DNA of 64,000 nucleotides from Lama glama (lineage: Eukaryota), in NCBI GenBank assembly GCA_028534125.1, contig CM052850.1:26288001-26352000 (forward strand). The letters are read 5' to 3'. Position numbers and translations under genes: made by a program. Of this stretch, positions 39,260 through 51,419 are shown in pieces (position 1 is the stretch's first letter; every line of letters begins with the position of its first letter). Under the pieces are notes generated by a model. It made no database searches and had not been told where the DNA came from. It saw only the letters and a program-made list of their open reading frames with translations.

Positions 39260-42200
39260 CATTTCAAGTCAGGGACGTTGTGAATGAAGCTGCTGTAAAC
39301 ATTCTCCTAAAGCTCATTCTGGTTCTGGGCGCCCACCAGGCCGGGTGTATGTTTAATTTTGGCTCCGGAGCGGCCGCACCTTCTGTCCTCCCACAGCAAC
39401 ATGAGGGGCTCAGTGGCTCCACGCCCTCCCCGCACTGGGTGACCCATCGGCTCAGCCCTGTCGTGACACCTCGCAGTCGCCCCTGCAGGCAGCCACCTCT
39501 TCTCACCTGTGCTGACCTGCTCCTGAAACCTGCGTCAGAGTCACGGCACCTCACGCTTCTGTGCCTCCCTCCTTCCCCTGAGCACGCTTTTGAGGCCTCC
39601 CCGGCACACGTGTCAGTGGCCAGCTCCTTCCAGCACCAGGGCCCCCACGCTGCCGTCCATTCACTCTCCTGCTGACGGGCATCTGGCTTGTTGCAGGTTT
39701 TGGCTTCACGAGTGAAGCTGTGGGGAACACCCTCACGTGTCTGTTTGCGGATGCACGCTTTCACTCCTCCAGGAAAACACCCAGGGTTAGAATTGCTGGG
39801 TCACAGGGTCACGCGTGTTTAACGCTGGGAGAAACGGCCAAACCCTCTCCGAGGTGCCTGTCCCTGCCCCGGCCCCGCCGGCTGCACGCGAGCGAGCAAG
39901 CGAGGGCGCCCACACCTCCCCGCCCCGGGAAGCCCGCGCTTCTCGTCACGCAAGCGCTTTTCCGTGCTTGCTGGTCGTCCGAAGATGCTCTGTGAACTGC
40001 CTCTTGAAGCCTTTGTCCGCTTTTAACTCAAGCTGTTTGTCGTGTTATAACCCATCAGCAGGTGCTCTGTGTACATTCTGGATAAAAGGCCTCCGTCAGA
40101 AATAACGCCGTGAATCACCCCCCAGTCTCTGGTCCGTCGTTTCACACTTTGAGTAGTGTCTTTTGATAAAGAGACTTTAAATTTCGGTAAGTGTAGCTCG
40201 GAAGCGGTCACGGAGGACACTGTGACGCAGCCTTGGGGAAAGCGTTGCTGTCTCACTGATAGACATGATGCAGGCCGCCATGTTGTGTCCACGTTAGCTC
40301 CTGGACGCTCCTGCCCCTTGTTCCCCGAGGGTTTAGTTACAGAGGTTTGAATGTTACAAATGGTTTTCTTTATCCGTTTATCACTGAGATGAGCAAATAT
40401 TCTGCTAGTGAGGTTGGCCACACGGAAGCTGCTTCCCTCGTCTTGCAGTCGCCCAGTGCGCTTTCTGGGCATGACGTACTGTCCCTTCTACGCACCGCCA
40501 GGTTTGGCTGCCCAACGCTTGAGTCAGGGCTTTGCACCTGCGTTTACGAGGACCACGGGTCTGTAGTCTTCCCGTGACGTCCTTGCCAGGCTTCTGTGCC
40601 GGAGTCTGGCTCGTTCTTGAAAGGACTGTGGTGGCCCCTCCCCACCCCTTCTCGCTCTCTGGGAGTCCATGTGAGGCCAGAGGTGTTCCTTCCTTAAGTG
40701 TTTGGCAGAACTCGACTGAAGCCATCTAGGCCAACCTTTCTGGGAAGGTTTTAATCAAGGACTCAGTTTCTTTAGCAGATAGAGGACTTACAATATTTTG
40801 TTTTGGTTTTTGTGTCGGTTTTGGTACATTTTTATTTTTAAAATAATTGTGCATTTTGTCCAAACTGTCAGATCTATTGGCACAAAGGGGCTTACAGTTT
40901 CTCTCCTCGGCCCTTTAGTGTCTCTCAGGTCTGCAGTGAGGTCTCCTTTAACGTCTGGCGTCGGGAGCAGGCCTTCTCTCTTCCCGAGCCCCTTGGCTGA
41001 GCGGCGCATCGGTGCCGTCAGTCTTCTATGAGAGGCAGCCTCGCTGCTCCTCTCCCTCCCGTCCTTGCCACGCCCTCCTTCCCCTTCACGACCCACGGCT
41101 GCTGCCGCTGCTCTGAACACTGCCCACAGAGCGCCTCTTCTGGGCTCCTCGCTGGCTCCTGCAGTCCTGTGTTTCCCTTGTGGGTTGTTTCCTGTGACCC
41201 TGACGAAGTGTTTTGATGGTCCTTGAGGTGCAGCTCTGCTGACAAGTTCTCCCAGCTGTGTTTGACTGAAAACGTTTTCTTTGCGTGTTCTTTTTAAAAC
41301 ACAGCTTCATTGAGATGTAATTCACCTATTGTAAACGATTCAGTGACTGTTCATAAATTTCCTGGGTTTGTTCAACTGTTACCTCAATGCCTGCTTCCAC
41401 CTCCAGCCCCCGCCCCCCCCAGCTGTCCTCTGTCCTTTTCTGGGCGTTGCATGTAAGTGGCGTTGCATACTGTGTGTCTGACCTCTGCACTCTGCGGAGT
41501 GTCTCTGAGCGTTTGTTGCCCATGCTGCAACGTGTGGATTAGAGGCCTGCTGCCTGGTTGGTGAGGAGCGCTTCACCGTGGGCTGGGCCACCGCGGGTTC
41601 GCCTCTTTGTCATCTGTGGGGCACTTGGATTGGCTCCAGTTCTTGTCTGTTAGGAATAATGCTGCTGCAGGCACTTCTCATTCACCCTGAGCAGATACCC
41701 TGAGCAGATACGTAGGAGCAGAATTGCCAGGTTGGTCTGGTACGTTTACTGTTCATGTTTTAAGAAACTCCCAGACTGTTTTCCAAAGTGGCTGTGTTGC
41801 TCACATTCTCACCAGCAGCGTATGAGGGTCCAGTTTCTCCAAGTCCTCACCAACACCCATTTATTGGTTTTTAAAATCGTTACGACAGTCATTGTAGTGG
41901 ATACGACGTGGTGTCTCATTGCAGTTTAAATTTGTGTTTCCCTGACGACTAAGGACAGTGAGCATTCTTCACGGTCTTACTTGTATCCACGTGTCTTCCC
42001 CAGTGAGCTGTCTGTTGAGGTCTCCTGCCCATTTTTAACTTGGGCTGTTTATCTTATTACTGAATTGTAAGGGTTCTCTATGGCCTGGATCCCTCCCTTA
42101 TCGCGCAGATGGTTTGCAGATATCTTCTCTGCATTTGGCTTGTTTTTTTTTTTTTCATTTTATTCATGGTATCTTTTGAAGCACACGTTTTTAGTTTCGA

Positions 42201-43300
42201 TGGAATCCATTTTATCAATTTCTAGATTTTAGTTTACGGTTTTGGTACATCTAAGAAGTCTTTGCCGAACCAGAGATCCTGAAGATTTTCGTCTGTTTTT
42301 TCTTAAAAGTTTTATAGTCTTAGCTGATGCATTTAGGTCTCTGACCCACTTTGCCAAGTCTCACACACAGTGAGGTGAGGGTCTAAAGTGCGTCTTTTTG
42401 GAGATGGCTGTTCAGTCATCTCAGCATTGTTTGTCGAAAGGATCACCCCACTGAAGTGACTTGGCTCCTGTCAGAATCAGTTGGCCATCAACGTATTGAT
42501 TTATTTCTGGACTCGTCTGCTCTGTTGATATGCATGTCTGATCTTCCACCAGCTTCACATGCGTCGACACCAGTGTTTTGGAGTAAGTTTTGGGGCCAGG
42601 AAGTGTGAGTCCCCCCACCCTACTCCTTTCCACGTTTGTTCGAACTCTCTGTGTCCACTGCTGTTCCGTGAAACTGCAGGTCAGCTCGTCAACTTCTGCA
42701 GAGCACGTTGGCTGGGGTTCGGGAGAGGTGCCTCCCCAGCAGCGCCGGGCCTCCCAGCCCGTGGGCGTGGCCGCCCCTCCACTGATCCCCCTCCACTGAC
42801 CCCCCAGCCCTGGGCGTGGCCGCCCCTCCACTGATCCCCCTCCACTGACCCCCAGCCCGTGGGCGTGGCTGTCCCCCCGCTGAGCACGCCTCTTTCCCGC
42901 GTCCAGGACGGCAGGCCTGACTGTCAGGTTGTGGCGCCTCATCCGCACGTTGTGTCGCTGCCCTCCTCCCCTTTCCGTTTCCGCCTGTCCTTCGCTCGGG
43001 TTGGCTCGTGTCTGACCTGTGTCCTGGTGCTCGTCTGGCCTGTCCCATGCACCCTGCGCCCCAGCCTCACACCGCACGCTCCCCGGGTGCGTGGATCTCT
43101 CACGCACTCCCCTTCTCCAGGGAGACCCTCGGTCACCCCTCATTTTGTTCACCTTTCGCTCTGAACGCTTTAATAGACTGTTCAATAGTCTATTATAATT
43201 CCCTGAAATTCTGTGTCTGATATTTCCGACATCTGGATTCCAAGGGTCTGCTTCTGTTGACTTTTTTCCTCAAGTACGGGTCACATTTTCTGTTTCCACA
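39260..43300 (-). mobile_element. Cluster of antisense L1 fragments, with an L1MB-like 3' end starting near 41291
   Basis: Typical antisense L1 motifs: agaattgctgggtca, ccagactgttttccaaagtggctg, tcccaccagcag-like, gtggtgtctcattg, cagcattgtttgtcgaaag. Confidence 0.8.
42753..42869. repeat. ~49-bp minisatellite, about 2.4 copies
   Basis: cccagccc(g)tgggcgtggccgcccctccactgatccccctccactgac at 42753, 42803 and 42851. Confidence 0.9.
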
Positions 43301-43740
43301 TGGGAGCCGCCGTCCACTCCTGTCTGCCGTCACCACTCCATCAGCGTTGCGCTCCTGCCTGCCTGCGGGCGGCCACTTGCCGCCTCGTCCACTCTCATCC
43401 CAGCGGCTGGAAAAGCGTGAGGGGCCACGTCCCTGATGGCAGGTCTGAGTCCAGTCCCGGGGCCCAGTGCCCGCTCCTCCCTGACTCTCCTCCTCCTCCT
43501 CAGTCTCCTAGGCCAGACGTGCATGTCCCCGCACAGGTGACTCCACAGGAGCCCAGGGGCTACGTCACCTGTTAAAGTGAGGACCCCCCTGGCCAAGGTG
43601 GGAGCCGCTTACAGACCCTGATGCTGAAGAAAAGGGGGTCCTCTGCTGAGAGCGCTGCTCCCAGAGCCGGGGGCCCACGCACATCTGTGCACGGGTGATT
43701 CCTGCCCGTTGTGCTGTGCGCTTTTCTGTTTTCTCTCCAG

Positions 43741-43895
43741 GTTTGGGAAAAGTTCCTGAGTTCTCAGAGTCCACGGGTGAACGTGTTCATGGCCGTGCCG
43801 ACCATATACAGCAAGCTGATGGATTATCACGACAGACACTTCAGCCAGCCTCACGTCCGGGACTTCGTGCGCGCGGTCTGTGAGGAAAAAATTAG
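43741..43895 (+). CDS. ACSF3: ACSF3 coding exon 3
   Basis: ttttctctccag|GTT; encodes [51 protein letters not shown](R); donor AG|gtgagt; 155 nt. Confidence 0.97.
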
Positions 43896-45228
43896 GTGAG
43901 TGAAAACAGTCCACCTTTTTGCCCAGAAAGCCTTAACGACCGCAGACAGGACGTATTTTTACTGAGTCAGCGCTGCTGAGGCCCGGGAAGCAGTGTTCCC
44001 TAAACCGCGGCATCCGCGCGCCCGCGTCCCCGCCTGGCTGCTGTGTCCCCGTTGCTGTTCCGTCTCTTAGTCCGTCTGTCCATCCGTCCGTCTTGTGGGA
44101 GAGCCTGACGGACGAGGGCGAGGACATCCTTGCTGAGCCCACGCCTGCCCAGCAGGCGTGCTGGCCGTGCCGGCTGCCTCAGGGGCGGGAGTTTGCTCTG
44201 TGTGTTCTCAGAGCCTGCGGACCCGCCGCTTCCCCCGCCGCGGCTGGGGGCGGCTCACCGAGAGGCTCACGTCGGTCCCCAGCGGCCCGACAGGCGGCGC
44301 GTGCCCGGGAGGCCCTGACACCGTGGCCGTGAGCCCCGGGCCCTCCAGGGGCTTGTGACCCGTGCATCTGACCCTGCCCTTCGGAGGGGCACACGGAGGC
44401 CCTCCGCCTCCGGAGGGAATTCTGCGTCCTGCCCATTACCGCTCTTGGCTCCTCCTCTGTGAAGACTCCGGTGGACCCGGAGCCCTTCCCTGAGGCTGCT
44501 GCTGCCGGCCACCCGCCCGGCCCGCCTTCACGGGGTGGCGGGCGGGGGCTGGGCAGCTGCAGGGGGAGGCGTCCAGCGCCTGGCCGCCAGGATGTGAGTG
44601 GGACCGGTAGCAGCTTCTGCCCAGATGAGAGTGAGATTGGAGGGAGGGCTTTCAGAGTGGCCTCTGGGTGACAGAGGCCCGTGGACCTCGCCGGCCAGGC
44701 TCTGGGGACCGGGTCCTTGTGACTGTGCCCCTGTGGGAGCTAGTGCAGCGTGGTGACTGCCCCAGCCCCAGCCAGAGGCAGATGCACACACGGCTGGTGT
44801 GACCTGGCGCACGTGCAGGCCGCAGCTCTCGGATGTCACGTGGCTGTCACTGTCGCCGCTGAGCCGGCAGCGCCAGGCAGGGAGTGGAGGACCCAAGCGC
44901 GCGTGCCCTCACTGTAGGCTGCCTCCTTTCATCCCCCTCTTCCTCCTCGGACCTGTGGCATTTCGTGCATAAACCAGGTGATCCGTCACCACTTTATCTC
45001 AGCTTTGCTTTTCTAAACCTGTGACTAGCGCTGATTATTGTGAAGCCTGCCTCCAAAGACCCTGAAAGCCACTACTTTCTCTTGCTCTGCTGCCCGTTCC
45101 TTGGGAAGACCTGGTTGCATTCTAAAATCGCCATGAATTCCATGAGAAGAGTGCTGGTGGGGGGACGCGGGGCGTGGAGGGAGCCCTGTCACCCTGAGAG
45201 GCTGAGGTGCGTGTGGTTGTGCCGGCAG

Positions 45229-45374
45229 GTTGATGGTCTCGGGGTCAGCTGCGCTGCCCCTGCCCGTGCTGGAGAAGTGGAAGTGTGCCACCGGCCACAC
45301 CCTGCTGGAGAGGTACGGGATGACGGAGATTGGCATGGCCCTGTCCAACCCCCTGGCCACAGCTCGCCTGCCAG
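45229..45374 (+). CDS. ACSF3: ACSF3 coding exon 4 (YGMTE motif)
   Basis: ccggcag|G; encodes [48 protein letters not shown](G); donor CAG|gtacgc; 146 nt. Confidence 0.96.
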
Positions 45375-45869
45375 GTACGCACAGGCCCGCCAGCCGTGTC
45401 CCTGCGCTGAGCCCTCGGTGGCCCAGGCGTGGAGGAGGCTGCCCTGACGGGTGGTGGGGAAGTAGGTGGGAATAACAGGAACCACGAGAAGCCACGTGCT
45501 TGGCAGAGGGCCTCCCACGGGCGCTGTTGCCCAGACTGGGCCGCCCCAGGACAACTGCCACCGCAGGCTGGCAGCAGCAGGAGCCATGGCGGCACCCCGC
45601 CTGCGCCTGGCCGCCTGCACGCGCCTGGGCGGCCCTGCTGCTGTGGGCGGTGCTGCCCTTGGTCTTGCTGCGCAGCCTCCTCTAGGACATCCCATGCGCA
45701 GGCCTCAGGCCGCAGATCCCTGATGGGAGCCTGCAGGCGGAGCCCGAGGCCTGAGACGCACACGTGTTCTGTTCCGGGCCCCTGTCCACCCCCCACGGTC
45801 AGTCCCCGCCAGTTGGTCCAAAATAGAAGTGGTGTCTCGGAAGCGAAAGTGAAACCGTCTGTACCTGTG

Positions 45870-46320
45870 CTCCTGCCTGTCCACCCACGCGTCCCTTCCC
45901 GCGTCAGGTCTGTGTCACTGCCATCTCTCCCGGCGTGGAGGCGGTTTCACAGTCTCTGAGCTCCGCTTCTGTGGTCAGCACCTCCCCGGCCCAGGCCAGG
46001 CGAGCATTGACCTGGCTTCTCTCCCTGAGCTGTGCTGCTTCTGGGACATGGAGACGAAGCCTCCGGGACCTCCTTCTGGGTCTGGCTTCTCTCAGCAGGA
46101 CGCGCCTGAGGCACCCTGTGCCGGGCAGTGTCCGTGGTGTGGACGGGCCACCACTGGAGGACACAAGGCTGTGTCTAGTTTTGGACAGTTCCCAGCCCGG
46201 CTGTTGTAAATGTGTGCAGGTCTGTGTGAGCACGTCCGTATTTCTCACGGGGAGACACCCCGGAGTGCACTTGCTGGGTCAGAAGGTGAGTCTTAACTTT
46301 CTGAGAAGCTGCAGGCTGCC
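45870..46320 (-). mobile_element. Degenerate antisense L1 3' fragment
   Basis: gtctggcttctctcagc...ctagttttgg...ggagtgcacttgctgggtca...aactttctgagaagctgc. Confidence 0.5.
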
Positions 46321-47350
46321 CACAGAACAGCCGGGTACAAGGAGGGTCTTACCCTGCTGACACAGGAGGGCCCGGGATGCCACACAGACAGTGGGTGTCT
46401 GCGTGGTCAGACCGTGACACCCTCTGTCGGGCTGAGTCCGGAGGAAGAGAAGGGCCAAGAGATGGACAGAGAACCTTCTGGGCCTTAAAGAGAGCAAACA
46501 GGCTGAGGGCTAGACCTGGAAAGACGGGTCGCAGCGGCAAAGGGTGGGTCTGGACCGTCTGTGGAAAGGTGGAGGGTGGGGTGCGTGGAGGGGCCGGAGA
46601 CCTGGCCAGCCCCTGTGCAGAAGGAGGGGCCCAAACACTCTTGAAACCCCAGGCTTATGGGCAGAAATTCTGGAATCTTAAATTATGGCTGCAGCCCCTC
46701 TGCAGACTCAGAGACGGTGCGGGACAGCACAGAGGCCGCGCGCCTCCTGCGCACAGGGCACCAGGCACCCCGTAGGCCTCTCACATCCGTGCGGGGCGTC
46801 TTCAGTCTGAAGGAGCCCTCAACCTTGAACTCCTGAAGAAGCCCCTGAGCACCGTCCCCGGAGAGATCAGGCAGAGGGGCTTCTCTGCGCCCCCGACTCC
46901 CGTGCCTGGCCCTTCCAGCCGGAGGCCCTGGACTCGTGTGGGAGCCCGGCCTGTGTCCCCATCACACTCAGGACATGGCGGCTCCTCCCCGGGCACAGCG
47001 CTGCTCCTGTGGTCGCACCAACCACCCCAGGGCTTACTGCAGGCTCCCTGACCGCGCGAGGGGCATACGGCCGAGTGCAGCTCCGGGTCAGTTACCCGAG
47101 GGGCACGGCTAAATCAGCCACCCGGCAGGACCTGATGCTCTAATTGGAGGCTGAGATCAGACGTGGGCTCCGTGGGGCCCGGACAGGAGCGGCTTCCTTT
47201 TCTCCAACCCAGACCCGCCGCAGGGCCCGCAAGCCCCGGACACGGCGGAGCCGCAGGCCAGCTGAAGTCGTGGGGCCAGGGAGCTGCTGACTGATTTAAA
47301 GAGAGCCCTTGTGTGTGCAGCCAGCGTGCCGCCCTGGGGGACTTGGAGGG

Positions 47351-47646
47351 GGTGCCGTCCCCGGGATGTGGAAGGGGTTCTGGCTACGCGCGGTGCGTCC
47401 TCGTAGGTGGGGGGGCTACGATTACGTAGGCTATGGCCCCATGGGTGGGCTGGGCTACGACCACATCGTGTGGGCGAGGCTCTACCTACATAGGGTGGGA
47501 GGGGCTGCATTTATGTAAGGCTTTTCCCCATGTTGGGAGGGGCTCCGTCTACCTGAGGTGTGTCCCCGTGGGTGGGAGGGGCTGTATCTACATAAGGTGT
47601 GTCCCCATGGGTGGGAAGGACTACAGTTACCTAGGGTGCATCCCCA
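47351..47646. repeat. 39-bp diverged minisatellite, about 7-8 copies
   Basis: ggtgtgtccccrtgggtgggaggggctgtatctacataa with units at 47557, 47596 and 47635, and more diverged copies upstream. Confidence 0.8.
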
Positions 47647-47858
47647 GTTTGCAGCAGGTTGGACAGAAGTTGTGGGTGAACAGGGACACACCAGAGGGAC
47701 GAGCAGTCTTGTAGGACTGAGGTACAGGATGGGGTGGCCCCTCACCGCCCCTGCCCTGAGGCCACAGCGGATTCCCCCTTCTCCACGCCTATCTTCCTGT
47801 GGTCCCAGCGCCTGGACCTAAGCCCCTGCCTGCTTCCTTCTGGGGAGGCGAGTGTGGG

Positions 47859-48968
47859 CATTAGTGAACCAAACTTGGGTCTGCACACCCACCACGCAGC
47901 AAAGCCAAGCTCCTCACACCATGTTGTGGGGACGGAAAGCACAGGTGTATTTGTAGGGCACCAAGCAAAGAGTAGGGTGCTTGTGCTCAAGGCCCGAAGT
48001 CCCAGATGGCTTTTAGAAGCAACACGTGGGGTGAGGCTCAAGACTGCATGATTTTCTTCAGGTTGTGTTGCAGAAAAATGTGTTACAGCTCGGTGTTTCA
48101 GCTCAGTTGTGACAGCAACCTGGATCCGGGTGAGAAACCAAGCAGCTCTCGGAGAGTTGGAGAGCTCAGGTTTATTACGCCAGCGGGCCCAGAGGAGTTA
48201 ACGCTCCAAGCTCTGCACCCCGTGTGTAGGTTTACACAGGCTCTTAGAGGCTGCCAGTTTACACTTTGCAACATCATATGCAAATAAGGTATAACAAAAG
48301 TTGACTAATTAGGAACAAGCTTTGTAGAAATGGACCAATCAGGAGGGAGAGAAGTAACCAATCAGGAGTGAGCTCCAGGCAAATGAAGTACTATAAATGG
48401 ACCAATCAGGAGTTAGCTTAGGGAACCAATAGAATTTCAGGGGTAAGTCCCCCTTTCCTAGAAGTAAACCTTTTCAGAGGCAGAAAGTGAGATGAGGCCA
48501 CTGGGCCACGGAGCCGGGTGTGCTGTCAGGAGAGTAGTGGCGCTGCCTAGGGGTCCTGCCTGGGGCTCCTGCCAGTCTTTTTATGGGGCTTCCCGCCTCA
48601 GTTGGTCGGGGATGCTCCCAGGAGTGTCAGGAGCCAACCTTCTGGTTCCAGCCTGGGGTCTCAGCACGTGGTCACCGTCGCCCACCGGGGTGAGCACAGC
48701 TCAGAGGTCTGGGTCAGACTGCCGTGTACATCCCGCGAGGAGAAACGTGGATTCTGTTTTAGCACTGATTTATTGTTCAAACTGTCCGGCGTAACGGCTT
48801 CTCCTTTGTTTCTGTGTTCCCTTACTTCCCTAATCAGCAGCAGCTTGAGTCCGCTCTCTGGAACTCAGGGAAGGCCTAGGAGACGAAAAGCCTTTTTGAC
48901 AAACAAGAAATGGGGGACACAGAGCGGCTGTTGAACCTGGAGGGCCCCGAAGGTCCTGCTCGGTTTCA
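47859..48968 (-). mobile_element. ERV1 solo LTR (host of a nested LTR)
   Basis: Begins ttagtgaaccaaacttgggtc and ends ggtcctgctcggtttca. Flanks tggg/cggg are a 4-bp TSD with a CpG transition. Strand is inferred from the recalled consensus. Confidence 0.7.
48066..48600 (-). mobile_element. Younger ERV1 solo LTR nested in the older LTR
   Basis: TG...CA termini, perfect GTTG TSD (48062-48065 and 48601-48604), AATAAA on the - strand (tttatt 48171-48176), four CCAAT boxes and an octamer. Confidence 0.8.
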
Positions 48969-50024
48969 CGGGGCTGACACTTTGGGAGGCCTCGCTGTCA
49001 GGAGGGCTCGGGCCTGGGCAGGCACCGCCCCGCTGCTGGGACGAGAGCTCGGGAGGAAAGGGAAGAGCAGCTCTTGTTCCTGAGTGAGGTGGGTGGTCCT
49101 GCTTGAGAGCCTGTCCTGAGTTGATGAAGTGCCTCGTGATAAGATGATCACTCTGCCTGATGGCTTACGTGTATCTGTGGAGTGCTCTCTCCCCGGCAGA
49201 CTGCTGGGGAGACTGTCCCTGCCAGTCTCAGAAGGTAGTAAGTCATTTCACAGCACACCTCGCTCAAGCAGCAAGAAACCGCCCCCTGGCTCGGAACGCA
49301 GGGCGGGGGACGGCTGGCCCAGCATGTGGGGGTGCCAGCTGGTGCAGCCTGCTGCATGTCCTCTCACACGGCCTTTCTATCCTGCCCTTCATCCACCCAG
49401 TTCCTCCCTGGAACATTTGTCCTGTGGCTTTCACACACACTGACATCAAAATTATGATCACGTGCTGTAGTCACTGAGGGCTACAACCAAGGTCAGCCTG
49501 CTGAAGTTTGGCCATAAAACAGGAGCGACTGGGAGTGGCCTGAAAACCGTGGAGGAGTCTACAAGGTGCCAGTCCTGGTCCGCAGTCCAGCAGTCAAAGC
49601 TGCGGCCCCGGCCGGCCCTCAGCGGACTGTGAGGTTCAGGGAGGAGCAGTGCAGATGGCAGCAGAGAGCTCTTCACTGAAGACAGAGCCGGGGCAGCGGG
49701 CCTCTCATCCAGAGTGTGGGGCCTGCGCTGGCCTTGGCCACACCGGGGTCATGCACAGCCACAGCAGGGAGCCTGGCTTGCCCAGCCAGGGGGCAGGGCC
49801 TGGACGCTGCCGCGTTCACAGCTGGTTCTCGTCTCTGGTCTTCATGTGAAGGGACAGGCCCCCCTTGCAGGCTGACTGATGCTGAGTGTCCCAGCACTGT
49901 TGCAGACTCTGGGCCCTAGTGGATGACTAGCAGAAAGAGACGGGAGGGCCCTCACCGTGCGCTCTAGCCAGGTCCACAGACCAGGCGGGCTAATGGTTGT
50001 TTGGGTGGGGGTGTGACTGCTCAC

Positions 50025-50160
50025 CGGGACTGGCTTCCTTCTGGGCTGATGGAAAGTTCTGGAACTAGATGGTGGTGATGGCTGTGAATGTGCTGATTGC
50101 CACTGAATCGTCTGCTTTGCAGTGAATATCTCATGTGGATTTCACTTGAGTTTTTAAATC
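50025..50160 (+). mobile_element. L1MB-like 3' end fragment
   Basis: gatggaaagttctggaactagatggtggtgatggctgtgaatgtgc...gccactgaat. Confidence 0.7.
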
Positions 50161-50948
50161 TTTGGGCAAAAGAGGAGAAGAGGAGGAAAGAGAAGAAAGA
50201 GGAGGTGGCCGTGGGGACCCTCAGGGCCTCAGACAGAAGACAGGCTGAGGAGGACAGGCTAGCCCCATTCCAGCAACACAAGACGCACGTACCAGATTGA
50301 GACGAGTGTGGATCCCAGGACACTGAGCGGCTCGTGGGCTTCACTGAGTCTGCTTCCTGGGACAGGTGCTCACTGATTCCCGTGATAAAGAGGGCTAGGA
50401 ACCCTGGCGGGAATGCTCAGACGCTGGGCCTTTGGTCTTGGAATCTCTGCCCTTTGTCCTTTGTTTATCGCAGTGGCCGTGGGGACTCCGTGCAGCCAGC
50501 ACCTGCCCTCACCTCTGCAGGCTCCCCGTTGGCTTGTCTGCTGGCCCACCACACCGGTGAACATGCTGAGCAAACACCTAACAGGCGAGACAGGGCGCTG
50601 GCGCCACCCCTGCTGTGAGGACCCTGGCTCCCTGCGTGCCCTCTGCACGCGTCCTTCTTGGAGCTGCTCTGCACAGCTCCCCCCCAAGTCCCTCGCTCAT
50701 CTGTGCAACTGAAGGGCCCCTGCACCCTGCCCAGGTGCTGGGCAGCCCTCCCGAGGGGCCTGCGGGCTGTCTGGAGTGTCCGGAGTGCCGGCTGCAGCTC
50801 TGCGTGTCCGGCGTGGGTGCTGCTCTCCGCTCCTGGGGCTCCTCCCACCCGAGTGCATGCAGTCAGGCTGACCCAGCACCTTGGGGGTGCCGCCGTCTCC
50901 TTCAGAACACAGCTGACCGTCTCCCTCGTGTCTCTCCGCCCCTCACAG

Positions 50949-51061
50949 GGTCCGTGGGGACCCCGCTGCCTGGCGTCGAGGTGCGCATAGTCTCAGAAAA
51001 CCTGCAGAAGGACGGCTGCCCTTACATCGTCCACGCGGAAGGGAACGAGACAGAGACCAGG
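50949..51061 (+). CDS. ACSF3: ACSF3 coding exon 5
   Basis: ccctcacag|GG; encodes [37 protein letters not shown]; donor AGG|gtgagc; 113 nt. Confidence 0.96.
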
Positions 51062-51419
51062 GTGAGCCCGGTGTTCTCGCGGCTGCACGGGGGTCCCAGG
51101 GCCGCCACACGGCCCTTGCCGCCCGCAAGCCTGTTGCAGAGGTGGCGTCCCTGCCGTGCGGGCCCAGGTGGCGTGCTGAATGTCGGGGGGTCTTGAGGGG
51201 ACTTCTCTGGAAGACTTGGCTTTGGTCCCAGAAGACCCTGACTCTCTGCTCCACATCTGAGGCCACATAGCCCGCAGGCTGGCAGCTGCTGTCTCGGGGG
51301 TGCGAAAGGGCAGCGTCCGTGGCCCGTGGCCATCCCCTCCTTCACCAGTTCCAGGTCACCGCTGGTGGTGACACAGCGCAGTTTCAAAGATGCTGAATGT
51401 GAAAACCTGCCCCTAAGAA

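Noticed and set aside
47351-47646. CRISPR-like array or repeat-protein gene
   Set aside because: Eukaryotic tandem repeat without unique spacers or cas genes; no splice or domain support for coding.
48110-48600. Alternative left boundary of the nested LTR (also GTTG|TG)
   Set aside because: The host LTR reads through only if the insertion starts at 48066.
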